DNA from: Botryllus schlosseri
Lineage: Eukaryota
Assembly (NCBI GenBank): GCA_051294905.1
Contig: CM119372.1
Coordinates: forward strand, 27,778,001 to 27,842,000
DNA: 64,000 nt
Direction of reading: 5' to 3'
The translations under genes were made by a program, and so were the position numbers. This document shows positions 40,201 to 53,206 of the stretch, one piece after another (positions within the stretch are counted from its first letter, which is position 1; each line of letters opens with the position of its first letter). The notes below the pieces were generated by a model. That model was given only the letters and a program-made list of their open reading frames with translations, ran no database searches and was not told the DNA's origin.

Positions 40201-41576
40201 TCACACTATTTCGATTTAGTGTAACAAAAACAACAACAATTTCCACTCTCTTGACTCATGAAAACAAGAGACGAACCTTCATTCAATATTTTGTTTTTGT
40301 CAACTAGTTACTTTTTCATGAGACCCCCACAACTCTTACAAAAGTACGACACAAAGTAATCAACTTTACTCGATATTCTCACATTACGAAACTAAAGAAT
40401 GGTTGGTTTGACTCCACAAACTGTTTCGATACCTCAAGAACTTTATTGTCTGAATGGTTGGTCATGTATCTTGATAATCAAGTAGTTCAACACACAACTA
40501 GTATTAACAGAAACACCAGAGTTGCTTACACAAAAGTTTGTATGTGTACAGTATGCGAATACCACGTGTAAGTCCAACCCAATTGTGGTATCCATCCGAG
40601 TTTAGTTAACACAATTTACGACACCGAGGTCGCCTCATCTTTCGTAAGACAACAAACCAACCAAGGCTTCAGGATATGTCAATGTCATAACAATAAATCA
40701 GCTACTCCAACAACAGAGTGCATATGTTTTCTAGTTACGGTGCTTACATCTTACACACAAATCAATCTACTTTGCTAACGAAAAGTGGTGAGTCATCACA
40801 TGGTTGTCCTCACAACAATACAACTAAACATACTATCATACAAAATGGTTGTTATAGTTTGCACGCCAATGGTACATCGTACAAGTAACAAGTCTCGAGA
40901 ATCCAGTTATTCAAAAAACGTGAAAGTATTTCTACGCCAAGTCGTTATGTTGACGAAAGTGTATATTGTAATATCATGATTGATTTGCATTCGTTGGTTA
41001 CAAAATGTCACTACTCTAAATAATTATTTTTCACTCAAAAGCATATTTGTCACCATTCGTTTTCATCAAGCACGAGTTCAAGAAACTTACTTACTGCTAC
41101 ATGAATTGCTGTTTTTATGTTGTGTAAATAGGTAATAATTATTTTTAGTAACACTATATCAACATCATCGAGTTGTGCGAAAAGATTTACATGTGGTCTT
41201 GTGGTTTTAATCGAAGTACACAGCACGGTCTAATGTAGAGTCATCTCTATTGTACAGCAACTCGGTAATCGAAATGCATGCATTGACATTTAAACAGCGA
41301 TCTTGTTTCGTCACGCGAAAAATATGTTCACTATCGCGATACTCTGCACAGGGCGTGCAAATCCTTTTCACACTCGTAATAGTATACCAACAGCTACCAG
41401 TCACAACGTTTAACAATACCAACGACACTAAACATACGATACCTACCCAAGTAAAATTACCATTTTCACCTAGAGGTCAGCCGCTACCTGAGTAAAAATA
41501 CCATTATCCTTTGGAGATTTATCGTTTACCCTGTGTAACAATACATTTTCTCTTGGAGGTCTATCGTTTCCTAGAG

Positions 41577-41961
41577 TAACAAACCATTTTCACTTGCAAA
41601 TATATTTTTTCCTGGGTAACAAACCTTTTTCACTTGGAAATATATTTTTTCCCCTGGGTAACAAACCTTGTTCACTTGGAAATATATTTTTTCTCTGGGG
41701 TAACAAACCTTTTTCACTTGGAAATATATTTTTTCTCTGGGGTAACAAACCTTTTTCACTTGGAAATATATTTTTTCTCTGGGTAACAAACCTTTTTCAC
41801 TTGGAAATATATTTTTTCTTTGGGTAACAAACCTTTTTCACTTGGAAATATTTTTTTCTTCTTGGTAACAATCCTTTTTCACTTGGAAATATTTTTTTCT
41901 TCTTGGTAACAATCCTTTTTCACTTGGAAATATATTTTTTCTCTGGGTAACAAACCTTTTT
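41577..41961 (+). repeat. ~41-bp tandem array (9 full copies plus a partial) near the inner end of the left arm
   Basis: Unit TAACAAACCTTTTTCACTTGGAAATATATTTTTTCTCTGGG; (CA)n at ~42113-42132. Confidence 0.95.
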
Positions 41962-43163
41962 CGTTTTGAAAACTGACAACCACTCCGGCCAATTTGATAT
42001 TTTTGTATATTGTTACAACGGACAGTGACACAATATAAACAACGACTCCGATACATTTGTGTAATCGCATACTCACTTGTTCTGGTGCATCCCATCAAAA
42101 TCGACGGTTAGCCACACACACACACACACACAATAACAATGCGCTATTTCGATATGACTGCGATGTCCGGGTTCGTGCTTTAGATTTTCCAGAACCAATC
42201 CGTCTAAAGTTGTAATCCCCCCGCCTTTGTTCACTGGTTGATACACGGATAACAATCTTCGTAAAATGTAGGAACGCATACTACCCATCGTGCTAACGAT
42301 TCCAGGGTACTTGTGATTAATTTCCTTGCTCACCCTATACAGATTATACGTACAGCGATATGTAGCGGTAATCGGTTTGGTCAATACATATCGCCCCATT
42401 CAGTATGGAATTACAAACCCAATACAGGTCAGTTCATAACCGGATCCGGATATTCAATGCAAAGCGATAAAGCAGAACCAATGACCAAATGTAATTAAAC
42501 ATGTAGATTCACAACCCTTGATTTTTCTTCGTGAAAAATGACAATACATATCGAATATATATTTTACGATGGTTCAACCCTACCAAGTATTCACGTAAAT
42601 GTGGTTTATGACATTACATACAATGTATCAGTGTATCAATGTTGGGTGTTTATGCACACATCGGTATGACCCATAGACAACATCATCATACCCTCCAGGA
42701 CTTCGTTATTGCATCGTGAGGTCGATAAAATCAATCGGTGGCATAGACGACAGAAGGCTTGGAGATCCAATGTAAAATTCAGACAAACAAACGGATATAT
42801 TTGTCCATCTTGGTTATTCGCTCAACTACCATTGGTGCTCTCGATACAGCGAACGGTACAGTTTGCAACGCATATCATTAGAGTGATATATCCACAGGTA
42901 AATATGGGGCCTGGCCACAATAATTGTATCGAGATATAACCTCGAAGCACGAACCCGGACATCGCAGTCATATCGAAATAGCGCATTGTTATTGTGTGTG
43001 TGTGTGTGTGTGGCTAACCGTCGATTTTGATGGGATGCACCAGAACAAGTGAGTATGCGATTACACAAATGTATCGGAGTCGTTGTTTATATTGTGTCAC
43101 TGTCCGTTGTAACAATATACAAAAATATCAAATTGGCCGGAGTGGTTGTCAGTTTTCAAAACG

Positions 43164-43548
43164 AAAAAGGTTTGTTACCCAGAGAAAAAATATATTTCCA
43201 AGTGAAAAAGGATTGTTACCAAGAAGAAAAAAATATTTCCAAGTGAAAAAGGATTGTTACCAAGAAGAAAAAAATATTTCCAAGTGAAAAAGGTTTGTTA
43301 CCCAAAGAAAAAATATATTTCCAAGTGAAAAAGGTTTGTTACCCAGAGAAAAAATATATTTCCAAGTGAAAAAGGTTTGTTACCCCAGAGAAAAAATATA
43401 TTTCCAAGTGAAAAAGGTTTGTTACCCCAGAGAAAAAATATATTTCCAAGTGAACAAGGTTTGTTACCCAGGGGAAAAAATATATTTCCAAGTGAAAAAG
43501 GTTTGTTACCCAGGAAAAAATATATTTGCAAGTGAAAATGGTTTGTTA
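43164..43548 (-). repeat. Mirror ~41-bp tandem array in the right arm
   Basis: Reverse complement of 41577-41961. Confidence 0.95.
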
Positions 43549-46500
43549 CTCTAGGAAACGATAGACCTCCAAGAGAAAATGTATTGTTACACAGGGTAAA
43601 CGATAAATCTCCAAAGGATAATGGTATTTTTACTCAGGTAGCGGCTGACCTCTAGGTGAAAATGGTAATTTTACTTGGGTAGGTATCGTATGTTTAGTGT
43701 CGTTGGTATTGTTAAACGTTGTGACTGGTAGCTGTTGGTATACTATTACGAGTGTGAAAAGGATTTGCACGCCCTGTGCAGAGTATCGCGATAGTGAACA
43801 TATTTTTCGCGTGACGAAACAAGATCGCTGTTTAAATGTCAATGCATGCATTTCGATTACCGAGTTGCTGTACAATAGAGATGACTCTACATTAGACCGT
43901 GCTGTGTACTTCGATTAAAACCACAAGACCACATGTAAATCTTTTCGCACAACTCGATGATGTTGATATAGTGTTACTAAAAATAATTATTACCTATTTA
44001 CACAACATAAAAACAGCAATTCATGTAGCAGTAAGTAAGTTTCTTGAACTCGTGCTTGATGAAAACGAATGGTGACAAATATGCTTTTGAGTGAAAAATA
44101 ATTATTTAGAGTAGTGACATTTTGTAACCAACGAATGCAAATCAATCATGATATTACAATATACACTTTCGTCAACATAACGACTTGGCGTAGAAATACT
44201 TTCACGTTTTTTGAATAACTGGATTCTCGAGACTTGTTACTTGTACGATGTACCATTGGCGTGCAAACTATAACAACCATTTTGTATGATAGTATGTTTA
44301 GTTGTATTGTTGTGAGGACAACCATGTGATGACTCACCACTTTTCGTTAGCAAAGTAGATTGATTTGTGTGTAAGATGTAAGCACCGTAACTAGAAAACA
44401 TATGCACTCTGTTGTTGGAGTAGCTGATTTATTGTTATGACATTGACATATCCTGAAGCCTTGGTTGGTTTGTTGTCTTACGAAAGATGAGGCGACCTCG
44501 GTGTCGTAAATTGTGTTAACTAAACTCGGATGGATACCACAATTGGGTTGGACTTACACGTGGTATTCGCATACTGTACACATACAAACTTTTGTGTAAG
44601 CAACTCTGGTGTTTCTGTTAATACTAGTTGTGTGTTGAACTACTTGATTATCAAGATACATGACCAACCATTCAGACAATAAAGTTCTTGAGGTATCGAA
44701 ACAGTTTGTGGAGTCAAACCAACCATTCTTTAGTTTCGTAATGTGAGAATATCGAGTAAAGTTGATTACTTTGTGTCGTACTTTTGTAAGAGTTGTGGGG
44801 GTCTCATGAAAAAGTAACTAGTTGACAAAAACAAAATATTGAATGAAGGTTCGTCTCTTGTTTTCATGAGTCAAGAGAGTGGAAATTGTTGTTGTTTTTG
44901 TTACACTAAATCGAAATAGTGTGAAAGCGTCACCAATCATTGCGTATGTTCGTAGCATGGGTATATCGAGTATTTTCGTGTAACATGAATATATTTCATA
45001 TGTCTTCGGTAAGAAATGAGTTATGTGGGGTAATAATTAGTGTCCTACAGTAAAACTTGTTGTGTTTGATTGCATACGTTTTTATCATTGTTTTTTGTTG
45101 AAAGACGGGCGAGTTTACATTTAAATATAGTAAGCAGAACAACTCAAGTAATAAATTTTACTCGTTTGAAAATCGACAACGGAAAATATACCGATGAATG
45201 GAGTAACACTATCAATATGAGTGGTATATTATTTTTCGCGGTATGCACCAATATTCTAAGCATAACTTGTCAAAAATTTATCATGTCATAGAAAAGTAGT
45301 CGGTTGTTATGAAATCGAAACAAATGTACTTTGATTATCACGATGATGGAAATGACGATCAACACAGTATTTCGTAAGTGAATATGTATCGTTTGGTATG
45401 TTCGGCAGTCACTAAATGACAAAAATAGCAAACTGATGCAACCCGGTAGTTAAACGATACAGTTACAAGTTGGATGTAATCTTGATTTACAGATGACAGC
45501 TTGATGAGTATTGTGATGACATTTACTTTAACGAATGATAACGGAAAAATTTTCGGTTGCATTGTCGGTGTATGTGTTAGACAAATAATTCTAGTACACC
45601 TAACTATAGGATACATTTGGCAAACATCGTACAAATTGTTTCGTTGTGATGGTAACGACTTTCGGCGGTTTGGTTTCATGTCGGGAATTATTATTTGGGG
45701 GTTCAAAAACAATCAATACTACAAATGAACAACAATACAAAACACGTTAAGTGAATTACAACGTAGCAAGTACTTCCTTGATATTACGATTGTTGTGTAC
45801 CAGACATTTGTAACTGAATTGAATGCATCTAGCAAACATATTCCAATTTACTTTTGTAATGATCAAAGTATGTGAAATGGTGCGAATGGATTAGGTATTA
45901 ATCAAGCGGCGGTATGTCAATTCACCTAGTGTGATATCTTGACGCCGGATAATGTGCGAAAGTGTTTCAATTCTCACTGCTGATTACGATGGTAAAGTAT
46001 TGTACCGGTTATTGTTTAACAAAGGAAATTGTTGTTTCATCTTTAGTCTTGGTTAGTGGAGACAATTACATTTGTAAAATATTTTCTGATATCCGCGATA
46101 CGCAGGGTGATATGTACCAAGGTGGAATAATTTTCCATTCAAGAACATTTCAGACACGCATATAGTTTTTCAACTCAATATGTTAATAATAACGGTACTG
46201 AAAAGTTTGTTGCTGTCCTAATAACCTTTACCACAACGCCGGGTCTAATTAACGCGAATAATTTAATAATCAAGTCATGATAGACCATTACAAATCTCCT
46301 ATGTTAAATCGATGTGTCAATCCTTATGTTCACATCACGATAATTTTCGATATAACACCTGCGTTCGATTGTAAGAAACTACGATGGTCATACTTTCAAA
46401 TGTCGAATACTCGAATATATTATGTTAATCTCAAGTCGCTGACACCGAGAAGTAATTACTTTTGTCTTACAAAATACACCGCATAGTAATTTCTTGGTCT

Positions 46501-47829
46501 TGCGGCATAGTAACGACTTTTACAGTTGAACAAAAAAGACGAGTTGGTGGTATATGTCTAAAACCGAACTTGATTTGTTTGTGGGTTGTAGTGATTACTT
46601 GCGTAGTCTTGTCTACTTTTCGTATGGACACTTTTTGCTTTGGTTCGGTTAGTTACAAACGGATTGACTCGACAAGGTTTTTGTATTTTACTCTTTTGTT
46701 GGTGGCAAGATGTTAAAATGTTGAGATGTCATAGTGATAATATTTCTGAAACTCTCTTTGACAAACGTAAAGACAGGTCGCGAATAGAGTTGTAATGTTT
46801 CATTACTTGTTTCGAATCAATGTGCGTATAATCTCTAAATATGACTGGGTTGAAAGTTGTTAGTCGTGTTTGTCAATCTATTTCAATTCAGACTATGTCA
46901 AAGTCCAATTATTTCATTTTGGATTATCTGGATTTACCTTTAGTACATCCCACGAATGGATTCCGACGCCGCGCTATAACATTTTTGATGATAAGGACTC
47001 GAGGATTTTCATGATAGAGTTGACGAGTGATACGATGCGTGTTTTTGTTAAGAGTTTGATTTCAAGGTAATAAAGACAATAACTGTGTAATGCACATACT
47101 TGTGATTCTTGATTCTTGTAGAGTTATAGTTGTGAAAACAGCAGCGCGGGTGTGTGAATAATTCAATGTGGCTGAAAGTCGGTGTCAGTAATATTCGGGT
47201 TATGGTCGAATCAAAAGATCACGAAAAGATTTCTCGAAATAATTAGAATTGTACCGAATTAACACATTCAGATACGAATCAACTTGAGCTGTGTAGTAAG
47301 TTTCATTTCGAGTTGGCAAATTGATACATTGATTGAATATTCTCATAATTCTTATCGCGCAACTAAAGTCAGCCACTGTTCGAAGTGTCAAAACATATAG
47401 CGACCACCAGAAAGTGTCAAATTGTTGGTTTAGGAATCACCGTCTGCGCCGGCTCTGTGACAAACTTATTGCGGAAATATTACCTTGTGAGCGATCGGTA
47501 TGTCTTTAACACCAAGTCACTAAAAAATGGTTATGTTCGAGACATCTTGTTAGCGATCGCGGGATTTGCAATCTATTTTACACTTTTTGAAGTGTTAATT
47601 TACGAGCGCGGTTATTTGTTGCTCGCTTTTCGTGTCGCTGCTGAATACTGAATACTGCTGAATGTAATAGCACCGACTGGATTAGTGGAATAATCGATAC
47701 GATAGTGTGCGCTCCGAATTTCCAAAACGGACGTATTTAGTGGGTCACACAGGTCAAAATACAACCGCCAACATCTGGTTTTCAAAATCGCCCAATGCAC
47801 TGCGGATTAGTGAATTTCCTGTTTAGTGA

Positions 47830-48890
47830 TGCCTATACCCGAAAGTACGATATGCGAGAGATGTCTATACCGAAAGGGCGATTCACGGCCGCACCCATAA
47901 GACACAATAGCCGCATGCGTGTCAATACCTAAAAGTACGATGTGTCAACACGAGTTTTCGATACGATATGCGAGAGATACCTATACTTGAAAGTACGACG
48001 TGCGAGCGCACCCATAAGAACACATGGCGAATCACCAGAGATCGCGTAAGAATACATGACAGACGAATCACCGCCACAGCTTATACGCGAAAGTACGACG
48101 TGCGACCGATCCCTATGCTGAAAAGGGTTACCGTGCGACCACAAGACAAAATAGCCGCATGTCACCGCCGCCATAAGACAAAAGAGCCTCTGGTCACCTC
48201 CGCCATAAGACACACGTGATCAATATACCTGATACATATTCCACACCGTGCGAGAGATGCCTGAAAGTACGAATCACGACCGCATCCATAAGAACACATG
48301 GCGAATCACCACAGATCCCGTAAGAATACACGACAGGCGAATCACCGCCACAGCCTATACGCGAAAGTACGACGTGCGAGAGATGCCTATACCGAAAGTA
48401 CGAATCACGACCGCGTCCATAAGAACCATTACGAATCGCGGGAAAGTACGAATCACGACCCCGAGTTTTCAATACGAGTCACCGCCGCAGCCTATACCCA
48501 AAAGTACGAATCACGACCCCAAGTTTTCAATACGAGTCACCGCCGCAGCCTATACCTGAAAGTACGAATCACGACCGCATCCATAAGAAGCCATTACGAC
48601 TCACGGCCGAGAGGGGGGGTCTGAAAGTACGAGTCACCACCCCCGGTTTTCAGGCACATCACCGCCGCACCCATAAGACGAAAACGTTAGTTCGCCACCC
48701 CCGCCATAAGACGAAAACGTTAGTTCGCCACCCCCGGTTTCTCGTTAGCTCGCCACCCCGCCCATAAGACGAAAACGTTAGTTCGCCACCCCCGCCATAA
48801 GACGAAACGTTAGTTCGCCACCCCCGCCATAAGACGAAAACGTTAGTTCGCCACCCCCGGTTTCTCGTTAGCTCGCCACCCCGCCCATAA
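47830..48890 (-). repeat. Mirror subterminal repeats in the right arm
   Basis: Reverse complement of 36236-37295. Confidence 0.9.
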
Positions 48891-48934
48891 GAGCCCCTGC
48901 CACCTCGCGACCGATCCTATATACTACTGACGGC

Positions 48935-49314
48935 AGGCTGTACACCAACGTCAGAATGCCTCTGCTAAGTCAACTTCGGCGAAAATCAGTCCACCGCGAC
49001 AACCCCTTCCAAATGATGCGAACTTATCCTTTTTGGAGACCTCTTCTCATGTAAACGAGGCCACCGAGGCCGCCAGTACCCCGTCCGAATCAGATCACGA
49101 CTCGTCAATTCTATCTATCATGTCTTCTACACATCCGTTACTATTCTTCGCATTCATATGCGAAATTGTGAACCTCACAGCTAAAACTTGTCGTTCAAGC
49201 GATGATATCGATCTTCCGTCATTGATTACCTCCGCGGCACAGAAGTGGCTAAGCGTTTCTTTCGACCCTGAATCACTGAAAAGCCTTTTGAGCGCAGTTC
49301 CACAAAATGTATAA
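48935..49314 (+). CDS. LINE ORF1, 3' part
   Basis: Removing the insert and one TSD gives an open frame YSQAVHRRQAVHQRQNASAK...LETSSH...VPQNV*; its end overlaps the ORF2 ATG (49307) by 8 nt. Confidence 0.85.
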
Positions 49315-52300
49315 GAACGCTGGTGTTCTTATACTGCAATGGAACTGCAGAGGAATATACAGGAACTTACCTGAACTGAAGAACTTTATAGAACAACTCC
49401 CTACGCCTCCTGATATTATGTTAATTCAAGAGACACATCTTATTGGTAAATATGTTCCAAAGATTAAAGGGTACATCATGGAAAGAAAAGATAAAACACT
49501 TCGCAGTGGTGGGCTAGCCATTTTAATCAATAAGCAATTGTCTTATCGAATACTCGATATTCAGTCACCCGGTGGTGGTATAGATACGCTGTGCATCGAA
49601 GTGAACGGTTTGCGGATCTGTAACATATACTGCTCTCCCGAGTACCGAGTTGTTGATGGTGACTTAGACTTCTTGGGTGACCTGTCCGACAGGTCTTTGA
49701 TATTAGGTGATTTCAATGCCCATCACTGGTCATGGAGTGCTGGAAACTCGAATCGCAGAGGTCACTTGTTGTATGATTCGATAAATCGGCATGGATTGGT
49801 AACTCTGAACGCAACGAGTCCAACTCGCATCAATACTGCATACAACGCAGTGAGCAGGGCCTCACTCATCGACTTGTCACTGGCGTCGGCAGATATCGCA
49901 CACTCGTGCTCTACCAACGTGACAAACTCCCTATTAGGCAGTGATCATTTTGTCATACTGACATCTTTATTGGCTAAACTACCCCGCTCTAACAAACGTC
50001 CGCTTACTTGGGCCCTCTCGAAGGCAGATTGGGCGAGCTTTCGCCAGATCCTTGATCTACCCGAGGTGCCAAATTTAGGGAACAACATTGACGCCATGGT
50101 CGACAAATTCACTAGTGATGTATTATGTGCGGCCAGCCGGTCCATTCCAATCAAGAGAAGTCACAGTCGCTCATCAGTACCATCGTGGAACGACGATTGT
50201 GCCAGGGCTGTGAAAAAGAAGAAGGCAGCGTTTTTGAAAATGAGGCAAACGTTTGATGCGCAATACATTGCTGAATTTAAACGTAGTCGGGCACAGTGCA
50301 GACGAGTGATACTAACAGCGAAACGTGAATCATGGAGATCCTTTTGTGAAACACTTGGCACCAGGGGAAATCTCCAGAAAGTGTGGAGTGTCGTCCGTTC
50401 TATTTCGGGCAATCTTTCTAATAGTTCGGTGGCATCTTTGAAAGTTGAGAGCAATTATATTACTGATGAAAGAGGAAAAGCACAAATACTAGCGAAGACA
50501 TTCCAACGTTGTAGCAGCTCTTTGAATTACCGTCATAGGTTGGACTTGAGAGCTTCACTCCTCATAGAAGTCGAACACCATAGGAACGATACTCTTCTGA
50601 ACAATCCTTTCACGATTGCAGAGCTTGAGAAAGCACTGAAGTCGAAAAAAGACACGTCCCCGGGACATGACACTCTTTGCTACTCCATGTTCAAAAACTT
50701 CCCGCCAGATGCCCTACTCAGTATGCTTTCGGTGATAAATAACTCATGGTGCAATGGGACTGCCCCTCGCAGCTGGAAGCACTCGATTGTTATTCCAATT
50801 CCCAAAGGAAACAAGGACCGATCAGACCCACAGTCATATCGTCCTATAGCCTTAACCAGCCACCTCTGTAAAGTGATGGAGACGATGATTATGAAGCGAC
50901 TATCTTGGTATCTAGAAAAGCACGGCTTACTCCACTCAGCTCAAAGTGGCTTTCGTCGGGGACGGCGGGCCCTGGATCATGTTCTCCGATTACACGATGC
51001 CACTTACAAAGCTATCCATATTGGAAGATCGGTCTTAGCTGTCTTCTTAGACATCGAGAGAGCATATGACATGGTGTGGAGGGCTGCTGTCATCCATAAA
51101 TTACGGGAAATGGGTATTTCGGGGCCTTGTCTTTCTTGGATCAACAATTTCATACACGACCGTACTTTTCAAGTTCGAATCGGGACAACGTTATCCGACA
51201 TTTTCCTCACCGAAAATGGTATTCCGCAGGGGAGTGTGCTTAGCCCTTTGTTATTCAGCATTATGATAAATGACCTTCCAACAGTTATCGAGTCAGACAT
51301 GGGGCTCTATGCGGACGATTGTGCCATTTGGGAGGCCGGTCTTGCTGTTGACCAACTTGCTCAAAACATTCAGTCATCCCTTGATCAGATCCATCGATGG
51401 TGTGTAAAGTGGGGTTTTATGGTATCGGTCGAGAAATCCGTAGCAATGGTTTTCACGAAAAAGCGAAATTATGCACAACCTGTACTCAAACTTGGAAGTC
51501 ATCAACTGAGGTAACTTGGAAGTCATCAACTGAGGTATGTGGAATCCTTCAAATATTTAGGTGTCACTTTTGACAAAAGACTCAACTATAAGATACACAC
51601 ATCTAACGTTGCATCCAAATGCGCAAAGCGCATGAATTTACTCAAAATGGTATCCGGCACATCTTGGGGTGCATCCACTCGAACGCTATTAACCCTGTAT
51701 AGGAGCCTGATAAGACCCATCATAGAGTATGGCATGGAAGCGAAGCGTACTTCTTCGCACCGAAATCACACCTCACGAAAATAATATCAATCCGAAATCA
51801 AGCTCTGAGACTTTCTTGCGGTGCCATGTCCAGCACCCCTATCTGCGTATTAGAGGCCTCGTGTAACGACATGCCCCTTTTTCTAAGGCACCAATATCTT
51901 TGTCTCAAGTACCGTTCCAAGATCAGAACACAACAATCAAACCCAGCACGCAGTTTATTGGAGGGTTCATGGGAGGAAATGTACAATCTACTCTCCGACC
52001 GATTTGTGACTTTCAATCTCTTATCCCGACTTCAAATATTGGATGATTTGCAAGTCAGAGGTGACCATCCTCTAACCATATGCCCTTGGTTATTGAAATG
52101 CGCTATGATTGATACATCATTACAAACAGCCCTCGGACGCGATCCACCAAGTCACATTGTCGATGCTATATTCAGAGATTATATTTTTGAGCAATACCCA
52201 AACAGAATGCTAGTTTACACCGTTGGATCTGAAAACATCAACGGTGCTGGGTACTCCTTCTACATCCCCGATCGCAATATAAGAACATCAAAAGTATGTT

Positions 52301-53065
52301 CGAAACTCCTATCAATCTTCTCGATTGAGCTGAAAGCAATATTCGATGCACTGATATGGATTTCAGAAAATTCCATCGAACGTGTTGCTATTCTGAGTGA
52401 CTCTTTGAGTGCATTGCTGTCGTTGAAAACCTATCTTGGTGAAAATAACTAACTATATTACCAATCAAATATTATATCAAATATTAGAACTAACTCACCA
52501 TCTCTTACATGAAAGCCATAGAGATATTTCTTTTGTATGGATTCCAGGACACTGTGGTATTGAAGGGAACGAAGTCGCTGACCGACTTGCGAAAGAGGCT
52601 GCGGCCCATGACTTAGCTGACCAAAGTGTAGATCTTACTTCTAGCGAGGCCAACTCATTGATTTTAGGTCGCTGTAGGCAAGACTGGAACCAACGTTTCA
52701 TTGAAACCGCCTCTGGAGCACATTTCAAACAGTTCTGCCCTGACATATACACAAAACTACCTACTTTTACCACGCCACGCCGTGCCGAAACCACCATTTT
52801 CAGATTACGCACCGGACATTGTCGTCTCAACTCCTATCTTAACAAAATTGGATGCTCCGATACCCCTGATTGTACCACATGCCATGTAGAAGAAACTGCA
52901 GAGCACGTTATTATGGAGTGTGCAAAGTACGTTAATGAAAGATGCCAGTTTAGAGCTGCCGTAATGGACCTGAGAGTACTCTTCACCATGGAAAATGTAA
53001 TAACAAGTGATTATATATTACCTTTGCTGTGGGAATTCCTTGCGAAGACAAAAAGACAATACTAA
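49307..53065 (+). pseudogene. LINE ORF2: AP endonuclease, reverse transcriptase, RNase H, CCHC; one stop and two frameshifts
   Basis: QWNCRG, QETH, GDFNAH, SDH; YRPIALT, QSGFR, PQGSVLSP, YADD, KYLGV; RNase H (YTVGS with mutated Asp, IELKAI, LSDS, WIPGHCGIEGNEVAD); CTTC..ETAEHVIMEC. Confidence 0.96.
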
Positions 53066-53206
53066 ATGTTTAGTTGACTGTATTTACTTATCGCAATATC
53101 GATTCGATTAGCAACCGTTACGTCGTGACGCAAAAGACCATAGTTGTTATATGCGTCACTAAAATCGCTTTTAAATATAATAATAATAATAATAATTGCT
53201 TCCTGC

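Larger units (their letters stand above)
36198..48928. mobile_element. Giant palindromic non-autonomous Polinton/Maverick-like element (12,731 bp)
   Basis: AGTAGT...ACTACT termini; 6-bp TSD GACGGC (36192-36197, 48929-48934); arms 36198-42180 and 42945-48928 are reverse complements; 764-bp loop; no ORF over ~125 aa. Confidence 0.88.
34980..53193 (+). mobile_element. Full-length I-group (I/Nimb-like, RNase H-containing) LINE, ~5.5 kb excluding the Polinton insert
   Basis: 13-bp TSD AATTGCTTCCTGC (34967-34979, 53194-53206), (TAA)n tail, ORF1 plus ORF2; the host Penelope ORF reads through the empty site (QLLPA|TRKDVLP). Confidence 0.95.

Noticed and set aside
41577..41961. CRISPR array
   Set aside because: Head-to-tail repeats with no unique spacers, no cas genes, eukaryotic context.
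36450..48624. Mirrored short ORFs in the arms as genes
   Set aside because: All are 125 aa or shorter, many are translations of tandem repeats, and none has a recognisable motif.
36198..48928. Palindrome as a fold-back read or assembly artefact
   Set aside because: Both ends carry a 6-bp TSD, the host ORF resumes in frame, the termini match a known element class and a diverged relative at 31115, and the arms differ at a few sites. Long-read confirmation is still advisable.
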